NCBI GenBank assembly: GCA_051362555.1
Contig: CM120642.1
Span: forward strand, 28,582,001 to 28,646,000
Direction: 5' to 3'
Length of the DNA: 64,000 nucleotides
Origin: Lingula anatina
Lineage: Eukaryota; Animalia; Brachiopoda
Each line of letters begins with the position of its first letter. Positions within the stretch are counted from its first letter, which is position 1. A program made the position numbers and the translations under genes. The notes below the pieces were generated by a model. The model saw only the letters and a program-made list of their open reading frames with translations. It ran no database searches and was not told the DNA's origin. This document shows, in pieces, positions 39,894 through 48,391 of this stretch.

Positions 39894-42232
39894 TCACAGG
39901 AGGTACATTAAACGTTCATGATGCAACACTACAAGATGCGCATCAAATGGCTGATCAATTATTGACATGATAGAAAAATATTGCCACCAGGACAAGGGGA
40001 CACTGGTAGGCAATGGAATGAAGTGGTTCACCTGTCCTTGAGTCACTTTTATTGTTACATCTCCCCATTCAAGCACTAAATTTGGTCTTAATCCCTTTAT
40101 TACTATCAGGTTAGCAATAATTTGATTTCCCATTGCTTTGATATCAAATGGACACTGTTTAAGATGACATAGGTGTATCAACATGCTCTTTTCAGCATTG
40201 TTTATTTCTAGTGCTAGGCCATTTTGCTGGTGCCTACCTTTACACAAAATAATTACTCCCAGAATGATAAAAAGAAGAAGTATTGCTGAAAAGTAAACTG
40301 CAGGAGCAATTTCATGCGTTAAAATTTTATAGATGTCGAATTCAATTTTGGGTGACGGAGATGGTGAGCTATATTGGTAGATAAAATTGGGAGCAGTGTT
40401 TGCCTTGGCATGGGCCATAGTTAACATTGCAGTGCTTAAAACTTTGATTTTATAAGTAAGTGTGGCTGACAGAGCAATTGCTAGGATTGCAACACCCAAA
40501 GCTACATACCCAATTATATCATCCAGAGACAGTCCTCCTGTGGGTAATGTTAAGTCACCAGACAAGAGGGGCTCAGTCAGCGACTGAAATATAGTCTCTC
40601 CCTTTTTTGCTGCTGACATTACTTTTCGCAGATTGAGTTTAATGGAGGAATCCTTGGTTAAAAATTGTGAAAAGTTATGATTGTATAGGCGTAACGTGGG
40701 GATTGTTACTCTGGGGGGTGTTTGAAAGACGGAATGACCAAAAATATCAGAAAAGTTACCTTCATCAAAAAGTTGCTGTAAAAGTGCTAAATTTATGGGA
40801 TGAAGAATTTCAGTAGTTTCATTATGTTCACAAATTCGACGGGGAGGAATATATGTGGAGTCCCCTTCTATAGAGCAGGAACATGGCACCTTCAAAACAC
40901 AAAAATCACAACCAACTTTGGTTACATTGGATGAACACCGCATTGTCAAATTTTGAATTCTGTTAACCAGAACTTGATCTTTCCCAACTGGCGTTAAGGT
41001 GGAGGAGATGCTATTGGGTAGGAGTTGGAAATCGCAGAGGTCTTTGATGCTGGTTTTATCATTTAGTAGAAGGGCCTTTAAGCAATGAGGTTTCTTGGAT
41101 ACCTTAGTATTTTCCAGTGCACAAAACATGGGGTTTTGTCCAGTGCAAGATTTCAGAAAATCATAGTTCAGGCTAATGTGGTGGTTCCCAAAACTGGCAA
41201 AGTATTCAGGAACATTGTGGAGGAGGGTGGCATGTTTACTTGTCGCATTGAGGGGAACTGGTACTGCTTTAACATGAAACACTGTAAATAAATCGTGGGA
41301 TGCTATGGGAATTTTGATGGTGATTGCTATTGACTGATTTAAGTTATGTGTGGCAATTTTGCCATAACGGTAGTAATACTGCAAATTTTGGTTGATAAGT
41401 AGTCCTGGAAATTGTTTTTGAAGAGAAGCCTTAATTTTCTTTAAAGTGCTGCTTAGCATATGAGGGGGAAATAGAATTGGTGAAAGCTTTCCATGGGAGA
41501 CATCATTCATACCTATCATTGTATTTTCGATTTCAAAGGTGAGCTTGTTAGTTATGGTACTTACATGCATTAACTTTGTAAATAACCCAAGTGTAAAATC
41601 TATTTCATTCTCAATATACTTTAAATCACCTCCTAACATTATGTTTAACTGGTGATTGTCTTCTATCTGTTTAACCATGTTCATCATGCGTTCATTTTGC
41701 CCACTTACAATTGACCCATATTGAGAACTAAATTTGGAAAAGGATGTCAGGGCTTTTTGCTGCCTTGATTGCAATGCATTGATGTGATCAATCACCTTAT
41801 TAAGTTGGTCTTCCGTTGCCACTCCAAAGAGACTATTCGCCACCTTACCTACAAATGGAAGTGCTGATCTTTTTTGTCTATTTTCCTCAACATCATCATT
41901 GGTAAATATTTCACTTACTCTATGCCGAAGTGCTCTCAATTCACTTCTTGTTTGACTATACAACTTTCTACCTTCATCTACTGCTCTTTCGATTAATTTA
42001 CATGTTTTCTTATTTAAACGCCCATCGCAATTATACTCTAAGTTAGGCTCCATCGGAACTTCTGGCAAGTACACAAACATCGTGTGTAGCCAATAGTCGT
42101 TTACCACTGCCATCGTCCCTTCATTTCTAAAGAAAACACCGTAGTTTATCCGATTTTCAGCACTGGTAAGGGGCAGAATTGCCACAGCCATCCAGATGAC
42201 AAGCCATAGACTTATGCAATCGTATTGGGGTC
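39894..42232 (-). CDS. env: Envelope fusion glycoprotein (baculovirus-F/errantivirus class I type), probably from a spliced mRNA
   Basis: 765-aa ORF from Met 42191; the frame stays open back to a splice acceptor at 42232. Hydrophobic signal CISLWLVIWMAVAILPLTSA, furin site RQKR followed by fusion peptide SALPFVGKVANSLFGVATEDQL, heptad repeat, Cys-rich region, N-glycosylation sequons, two TM segments. Confidence 0.9.
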
Positions 42233-42445
42233 CTGAGGAGAAAAATGAGATTTTAAGAAGTGGCCTTTACCTATCTTACTTATAGAACCGGCTACAAGAA
42301 GATTGCGCATTAGGTACAAAACCAAAGATCAGAAAGGAGTAGGAGAACAGGACTGTACAATAAAAAGGCATAAGGACTAAGCGCTAGACATTTTAGAAAG
42401 ACTGCCAATTCTATACTGAGGAGTTGCATTACATCTGATCACAAT

Positions 42446-45400
42446 CTATTGACGAGTCACCAGTTTACGCTTTTTCTTCTTTCCTTTCTTCGTCTTATTA
42501 GCGTGGAATTCCTGAATTAGCAAATCTGGCACTTTATCAGCCCTAACCCAAGTCGATGTTTTTATACCTTTCCACTTTATTCTATATAGCTTTTCTCCTT
42601 TGTACCATTCATAACATAATATTTTCTCTACCTCTTTTTCCTGTGGGTTATCTATCTCAACTTCACATGGGACAGGAGTGTCAGGTACATTAGCATCAAA
42701 TTGTGCTTCTGGTTGGATATTTTCAGTATCATTGATCGGACCATTAACTGGAACATTTTGTGGAGTGATGTCATCAAACTTTGTTCTGATAATGGGGTCT
42801 TTGTATGGTTTAAGTCTATTGGCATTAACAGGGGCCTTCACAAGTTTGTTGGTGATACACTCTCTCAATTGGTATGTGGCATTGCCAAGCACTCTCACTA
42901 TATAGAAAGGCCCTATAAATTTTGGAACGAGTTTGGATGTCAAACCTTTTGGGGTTCTTTCATTTCTTAATAAAACTTTGTCCATTTCGGCATATTTTGG
43001 ATTTGTAGCATTTCGGTTATGATATTTGGCATTTTGCCACTGAGATTCCAGTTTTATTTTTGCTGCCACCTGTCTACCCTTGTTTAGAGAATCTAATCTG
43101 TCTGATACATATTTTGCCACATTATGGGGTAGGTCCCTCTTGGGTAGTAATTCAACATCTAAAGGTGTGGTCATTTCCTTTCCAAAAAGAATGAAAAATG
43201 GACTATAACCCGTCCCTTCTGTGGGAGAACTTCTATAGGCCATTAACACTGATTCTAAATGATCTGCCCAATCTGACTGATCTTCTCGACATAGGGCACG
43301 CAGTGATTGCCATATAAAACTGTTGAACCGTTCACACGTGGCATTTGTTTGGGGATGATACGATGCTGTGTAGTGTCTTTCTACATCAAAAATGTCACAA
43401 ATGGCTTGTACTAACTTTGATCTAAAATTTTGGCCTCTGTCTGTAATAATTTCAGAAGGCGCACCAAATCTTGTAAAAATATGTTTGTATAAGACATTTG
43501 CTATTTCAGTAGCCTCTTGTGATTTAAGGGCAAATGCCTCTGGCCAACGTGAAAAAGATTCGACAGCTAGCAAGATATACTTGTGTCCGGACTTTGTTGG
43601 TGTGATTGGACCTAGTATATCCAAATGCCATGTGCTGAAAACATCTTTTATGGGAAGGGGCTGTAGTAACGACTTTGTATTGTGATAACCTCTTTTGACC
43701 TTCTGACAAACACTGCAGGACTTGACATAACGTTTAATGTCCCTTGACATTTTTGGCCAGTAATATTTTAACCTGATTTTTTCTAGGCATCTCCTAAAAC
43801 CTGGATGGCAAGCGCCTGCTCTGGCATCATGGTACGCTTTCAATACCTTAGCCCTGTATTGTTTTGGCACTGCTAACTGCTCTATCAAGTTTTCATCACC
43901 TGCCTTTTGTTTTCTTCTATTTATGTGTTGCCTATACAGGATACCGTTCCTAATCAGGAAAAATTGTTTCAGGTTCTTCTTTTCTGATTGTACACTAGTA
44001 GGACTTTGGAGGAGTCTGATGATTGGAGCTAGGTCAGGGGAAGCGCTTTGATTTTGAGCCAAGTCAGTTAGTTCTACCTTATCTGGCCATTTTGTTAGTG
44101 GTGTTTTATTGACACTTGCAACTACTACTGGAGGATTTGGTCTGCAGTAATTGAATTTGATGGTATGAAGTTTCTTGTCAATTTTTGATGGGGGTGTCAG
44201 GGTATACGTGCCCTTAGCATCATCTATCATGTTGACTTTAGGTTGTGTTAGAGCTATGTCATCGTCTGCTTCATCAGTTTGTCTTGATAAACAGTCTACG
44301 GGGTTCGTGCTACCTTTCTTGTAATAAATTGAAAACTGTAAGTCTTGAATTTCAAGTGCCCACCTATTCAATTTCTGGTTTCCACTTTGTTTTGATTGCA
44401 ACCACTCCAGAGGTTTATGGTCAGTAAAGATTGAGAAATGATTGGGTTGAAGGTAAACTCGGTATTCCTTAATTCCCTCAATTAAAGCCAAACATTCTTT
44501 TTCTGTAACATTGTAATTTCTTTCTGCAGGACGCAGTGTTCTAGAACCATAAGAGATAGCATGTTCCCTTCCATCTTTGTCAACTTGACTAAGCATATAA
44601 CCTATCGCAAAGTCTGAGGCATCAGTCGTTAGTTTGAATTCTCTGTTCATGTCGGGGAATGCCAAGATAGGGGCTGTCGCTAAGGTGTTTTTTAGCTTGT
44701 CAAATGACTGTTGGCACGTGTCTGTCCAACTAAATGGTTTATCCTTTCGTGTTAATGCATTCAAGGGGGCTGCAATTTTAGCATAATTTTTGACAAAACG
44801 ACGATAGTAATTACACATACCCAAAAAGCTTTTCACTTGTGTGCGAGTTTTCGGTCTCAAAACTTTTTTGACTGCCTCTACTTTTGACATATCTACTGAA
44901 ATGCCATCTTTTGAGATGAAATGACCTAAAAAGGCTATTCGTTTAGTAGCAAATTTGCATTTTTTTGTTTTCACTTTGAGATTGGTTTCTTGTAACCGTT
45001 TGAAAACTAATTCCAAATGTTGGAGATGTTCCTCAAAATTTTTTGAAAAGATCAAAATGTCATCAATGTAACACAACACCATTTTCCAATTTAAATCTTT
45101 TAGCACACGGGCCATTGTGTTTTGGTAGTGCGCCGACGCGTTACGAAGGCCAAACGCAAGTCTTTTAAACTGAAAATGACCATGGTGGGTCACAAAAGCT
45201 GTTTTATGTCTGGTAGTCTCTTCTAAGGGAAGTTGCCAAAAGCCCGAGAATAAATCTAAAGAACTGTACACCCTGGCATTAGAGTCAGCAAGTATGTCGA
45301 GTACGTCAGTCAGTCGAGGCAAGGGAAAGTGGATGGGCGTGGTCACTTTATTTAAACGTCTATAGTCTATAGCAAAACGCATAGATCCGTCTTTTTTGCG

Positions 45401-46534
45401 AACCAAAACCACTGGGCTTGCCCACTCACTATTTGACTCCTCAATGATATCATTTCTAAGCATCTCATCTGTTTGTCTTTCTATCTCAGTCTTTTGGTCA
45501 GTTGTCTGTCTATAATGTCTTTGTCTTTGGGGCGGGGCGTTACCTGTCTCTATCACATGTCCTTTCACTTTTGCCTCTCCCATTTCTGATAAATCTGATG
45601 CAAATATATCCCTGTATTTCCCTATTAATATTAATAGTTCACCTTTCTGTTCTTCTGTCAGGTCAGTTTCATCTAAAGATAAGCCCGTTTCTTTAGCTAA
45701 CTTCAGGAAATGTGAGTTATCTATGGACTCTGCCTCTGTTGTCCCAATAAAGTGTTCCCGTTTTAAGCATGAGCTAATGTTAGCTGGACCCTCCTCACCC
45801 ATGGGTAGAATACAGTTTGTCTCTACAGGGTATGCTTTGGCCAAGACAGTGTCATTTGGAATGGTTATTGATTTGTCAGTGGGATTGTATATTCTGCACA
45901 TGCTCCGATTCTTATCTATAACACACCTAGCCACCAAATAGTGGTTATCGACAGGATCTAACAGTAGACTTTTAGCATTGGTCTTATTTGCTCCAGATAT
46001 TTTTACAGGTATTAAGCTTTCAGTTCTGGGACCAACAGTTATTTTGTGATTGGTACGCACCAGGCCTACATAATTTGGTTTATTTGTGTGACAGAACTTC
46101 TTATCATTAAATGACAGGATGCTATTTTTCATGTCAAAGGTAGCTCCATTTGTCTTTAGGAAATCAATGCCCAAAATAACATTTCTTGGAAGGTTTTGCA
46201 AAATGTAAAATTTATGAGTGAAGGAGTTTTTGCCTATGACAAAGTCAATTAAAGCACAACCAATAATTTTATGGGATTCTCCGCCTACTCCTGAGATTGT
46301 TAACAGGTCTGATTTTAAAAACTTAACTGTTGATTGCTTTTCATGTTTTAGTTCTCTCATGATGTTATCCGAAATGCAAGATATTGATGCACCTGTGTCA
46401 ATCATGGCCTTAACTGTCAGGGTATTAAAATGGATTTTAATCAAATTGTGTTCTATAGGGTCCCCTCCCATGACATTCCCTAGAAAACAACTCTCCTGTA
46501 AATTTTTCAATTTTTCCTTATTACGCAGACACCC
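42446..46534 (-). CDS. pol: Pol polyprotein: aspartic protease, RT, RNase H, integrase, C-terminal chromodomain
   Basis: MIDTGAS (PR), RFAIDYRRLN and CYIDD (RT), TTDASDFAIG (RNase H), HDARAGACH...CSVCQ (IN zinc finger), WHLDILGP/IITDRG/CERFN (DDE), IGPF, EVEKIL...YRIKWKG...TW (chromo). The frame is open from the codon directly after the gag UAG. Confidence 0.97.
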   Translation of the reverse strand, partial: GCLRNKEKLKNLQESCFLGNVMGGDPIEHNLIKIHFNTLTVKAMIDTGASISCISDNIMRELKHEKQSTVKFLKSDLLTISGVGGESHKIIGCALIDFVIGKNSFTHKFYILQNLPRNVILGIDFLKTNGATFDMKNSILSFNDKKFCHTNKPNYVGLVRTNHKITVGPRTESLIPVKISGANKTNAKSLLLDPVDNHYLVARCVIDKNRSMCRIYNPTDKSITIPNDTVLAKAYPVETNCILPMGEEGPANISSCLKREHFIGTTEAESIDNSHFLKLAKETGLSLDETDLTEEQKGELLILIGKYRDIFASDLSEMGEAKVKGHVIETGNAPPQRQRHYRQTTDQKTEIERQTDEMLRNDIIEESNSEWASPVVLVRKKDGSMRFAIDYRRLNKVTTPIHFPLPRLTDVLDILADSNARVYSSLDLFSGFWQLPLEETTRHKTAFVTHHGHFQFKRLAFGLRNASAHYQNTMARVLKDLNWKMVLCYIDDILIFSKNFEEHLQHLELVFKRLQETNLKVKTKKCKFATKRIAFLGHFISKDGISVDMSKVEAVKKVLRPKTRTQVKSFLGMCNYYRRFVKNYAKIAAPLNALTRKDKPFSWTDTCQQSFDKLKNTLATAPILAFPDMNREFKLTTDASDFAIGYMLSQVDKDGREHAISYGSRTLRPAERNYNVTEKECLALIEGIKEYRVYLQPNHFSIFTDHKPLEWLQSKQSGNQKLNRWALEIQDLQFSIYYKKGSTNPVDCLSRQTDEADDDIALTQPKVNMIDDAKGTYTLTPPSKIDKKLHTIKFNYCRPNPPVVVASVNKTPLTKWPDKVELTDLAQNQSASPDLAPIIRLLQSPTSVQSEKKNLKQFFLIRNGILYRQHINRRKQKAGDENLIEQLAVPKQYRAKVLKAYHDARAGACHPGFRRCLEKIRLKYYWPKMSRDIKRYVKSCSVCQKVKRGYHNTKSLLQPLPIKDVFSTWHLDILGPITPTKSGHKYILLAVESFSRWPEAFALKSQEATEIANVLYKHIFTRFGAPSEIITDRGQNFRSKLVQAICDIFDVERHYTASYHPQTNATCERFNSFIWQSLRALCREDQSDWADHLESVLMAYRSSPTEGTGYSPFFILFGKEMTTPLDVELLPKRDLPHNVAKYVSDRLDSLNKGRQVAAKIKLESQWQNAKYHNRNATNPKYAEMDKVLLRNERTPKGLTSKLVPKFIGPFYIVRVLGNATYQLRECITNKLVKAPVNANRLKPYKDPIIRTKFDDITPQNVPVNGPINDTENIQPEAQFDANVPDTPVPCEVEIDNPQEKEVEKILCYEWYKGEKLYRIKWKGIKTSTWVRADKVPDLLIQEFHANKTKKGKKKKRKLVTRQ

Positions 46535-47719
46535 CTATTGTTTTATGGTTCTGCAAACCACAGCCAAATGACCAATACGCTCACAGTTGTAGCATTTCAT
46601 GTTACGGGCAAAACAATTTAATTCCGTATGAAAAGTCCACTTACCACAACGTGAACACTTCCTCTCCTTTTCCTCTCTTCTCTCCTTCCTCCATTCACCC
46701 CTTCTTTCTGCACTCCTTTCACGCATCCTCTCCTTGCTGCTATCTCTAGATCGATCTGCTGGCTGGAATGATACTTTTCTGTTACTTCTCTCTGTTGAGA
46801 CTACCTGTACACTGGGCCCTTCCAAAACTCTATTTATCAATTGTGTTATTTGGCCCATCATGTTTTCTTGCATTGTGACAAATTTGTTAAGTATTAAATG
46901 ATTGTTGTCATGCTCTTTCAGGTCTGTAGACAGGGGTGCCACGGTAAGATCTGGAGACACATTAGTGGTAGCAGTTTCAGCCAAAATAGCTGCTTCTTCT
47001 AATTGTCTCAAATTTTGAGGGTTCTGCATGGTTACAGCTGCCCTTATTGTAGGTTTAAGGCCATTAATGATGGCTGCCAAAATGTGTTGCTCAGGCAATT
47101 TTACCTGATGTCCCATTTTCATCATTTTAGAAATGAAGTCTCTTACCTTTTCTTCGTCCTGTCTACTGGAAAATATAGATGCAGTCATGGATCTGATTTT
47201 GCTTGGACTAGGTCCATATCTTTCTAAAAATGACATTTTTACTCTTTGATAACTAGTTTTGTTCTGCAAACTTAGGTACCATGTTTTGGCATTTCCTTGT
47301 AATAAATAACTAAAATGCGAAAGTCTCATATTGTCATTGTATTGCATAATATCACAATATTGATCAAATTGATAAACCCAATCTGATGCACAGTCCCCAT
47401 CCTCTCCCCTAAAAGGGAAGGGAGATAGATGTTGTGGCATCGTGATTACCACTGGAATCCCTTGATTTTTCTGAGCTGCCACTGGACTCCCTTGATTTTG
47501 TTGAGCTGCACTGGGGGGCATAGGTGGCGGTGGTGGTGGTGGTGGTGGCATCTCTATCATTGCTTGGGACTGCTCCTGTTGCTGCCCTGGGGATCTTATC
47601 AGAGAGTTGGTCTGCTGGGCTTGTTGTTGTCTCTCAATCTGGTCCAGAGGCTGCAGCTCCTGTTGTTGCTGAGGACCAGGCTCATGTTGCTCTGAGGGTA
47701 CGTTGTGGTTGTTGCCCAT
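46535..47719 (-). CDS. gag: Gag (Q/P-rich N-terminus, capsid, two zinc knuckles)
   Basis: 394-aa ORF: retrotransposon capsid (FRGEDG..DWVYQF...LLQGNAKTWY...RQDEEKVRDF...IINGLKP), CSRCGKWTFHTELNC and CYNCERIGHLAVVC knuckles. Confidence 0.93.
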   Translation of the reverse strand: MGNNHNVPSEQHEPGPQQQQELQPLDQIERQQQAQQTNSLIRSPGQQQEQSQAMIEMPPPPPPPPPMPPSAAQQNQGSPVAAQKNQGIPVVITMPQHLSPFPFRGEDGDCASDWVYQFDQYCDIMQYNDNMRLSHFSYLLQGNAKTWYLSLQNKTSYQRVKMSFLERYGPSPSKIRSMTASIFSSRQDEEKVRDFISKMMKMGHQVKLPEQHILAAIINGLKPTIRAAVTMQNPQNLRQLEEAAILAETATTNVSPDLTVAPLSTDLKEHDNNHLILNKFVTMQENMMGQITQLINRVLEGPSVQVVSTERSNRKVSFQPADRSRDSSKERMRERSAERRGEWRKERREEKERKCSRCGKWTFHTELNCFARNMKCYNCERIGHLAVVCRTIKQ

Positions 47720-47824
47720 CTAATTCAGGGGTATGCTGACTCGAAGCCTGCTGTTCTGTTGCTGCTTGCTGCTGGTTGGAAGTTCTGGGGGATGCCCGTC
47801 TCATTTTTGTTGCCCTTATGGTTA

Positions 47825-47832
47825 CTCCACCA
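47825..47832 (-). promoter_or_regulatory. Primer-binding site (TGGTGGAG, tRNA-Ala-like)
   Basis: Directly abuts the 5' LTR and shares its last T. Complementary to the ...CUCCACCA 3' end of eukaryotic tRNA-Ala, but only 8 nt are recognisable. Confidence 0.6.
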
Positions 47833-48263
47833 GTATCAGAGTTGAACTTCAGTATCAGTGGAAGAATGAGGGATCAGCAATAACCAACAACAAGATTTTC
47901 TGTTGCCACTGACTTTATTCTATCTCTCTCCCTGTCCCTCTGTCCCTCTGTGAGGATGCAGGGGATTATATACACAAATATCAAAGACATTCCTATGATC
48001 AAAGAGATACATTTAAGATAACTGTAAGGGCGACAACATGTCCCTTCAACTTGTGCCCAGCCAGTGTTACGGACCTGTATTTCAAGTTAAATGCTAAATA
48101 TTTGTCATGGCAGGTCATTTCTGACCCTGCCCTGTAATTATCAAAATGATGCTGGAGATGTGTGTGGTAGGTCATCTCTGACTCTGTGTGCCACGGCAGG
48201 TCATTTCTGACCCTGCCCTGTAATTACCAAAATTCACCAAAAATCACTAAATTTAACATGAAA
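47832..48263 (-). repeat. 5' LTR
   Basis: Direct repeat of 38438-38869, followed on the minus strand by PBS and gag. Confidence 0.95.
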
Positions 48264-48320
48264 ATATAATCAGAAGTATGATTATAATTGTGCTTAAGTA
48301 TATTTTGCTTACATGTTTGT

Positions 48321-48322
<2 letters not shown>

Positions 48323-48390
<68 letters not shown>
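48323..48390. repeat. (TA)n microsatellite
   Basis: About 30 TA units, longer than the paralogous tract at 31410-31443. Confidence 0.95.

Positions 48391-48391
<1 letters not shown>

Larger units (their letters stand above)
38438..48263 (-). mobile_element. Full-length env-encoding Ty3/Gypsy LTR retroelement (errantivirus-like endogenous retrovirus)
   Basis: Two 432-bp direct repeats at a constant offset of 9394, PBS, PPT, and uninterrupted gag, pol (PR-RT-RH-IN order) and env ORFs. The paralogous empty site is visible at 31321-31360. Confidence 0.97.

Noticed and set aside
44040-44290. Second RNase H or tether domain between RH and integrase (lokiretrovirus/retrovirus-like)
   Set aside because: The linker is only ~80 aa and shows no RNase H motifs; RT and RH look like ordinary Ty3/Gypsy.
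41085-47739. Antisense ORFs within the LTR element (e.g. 43392-43685, 46218-46571, 47429-47695)
   Set aside because: They are short, have no recognisable motifs, and are expected shadows of long coding frames.
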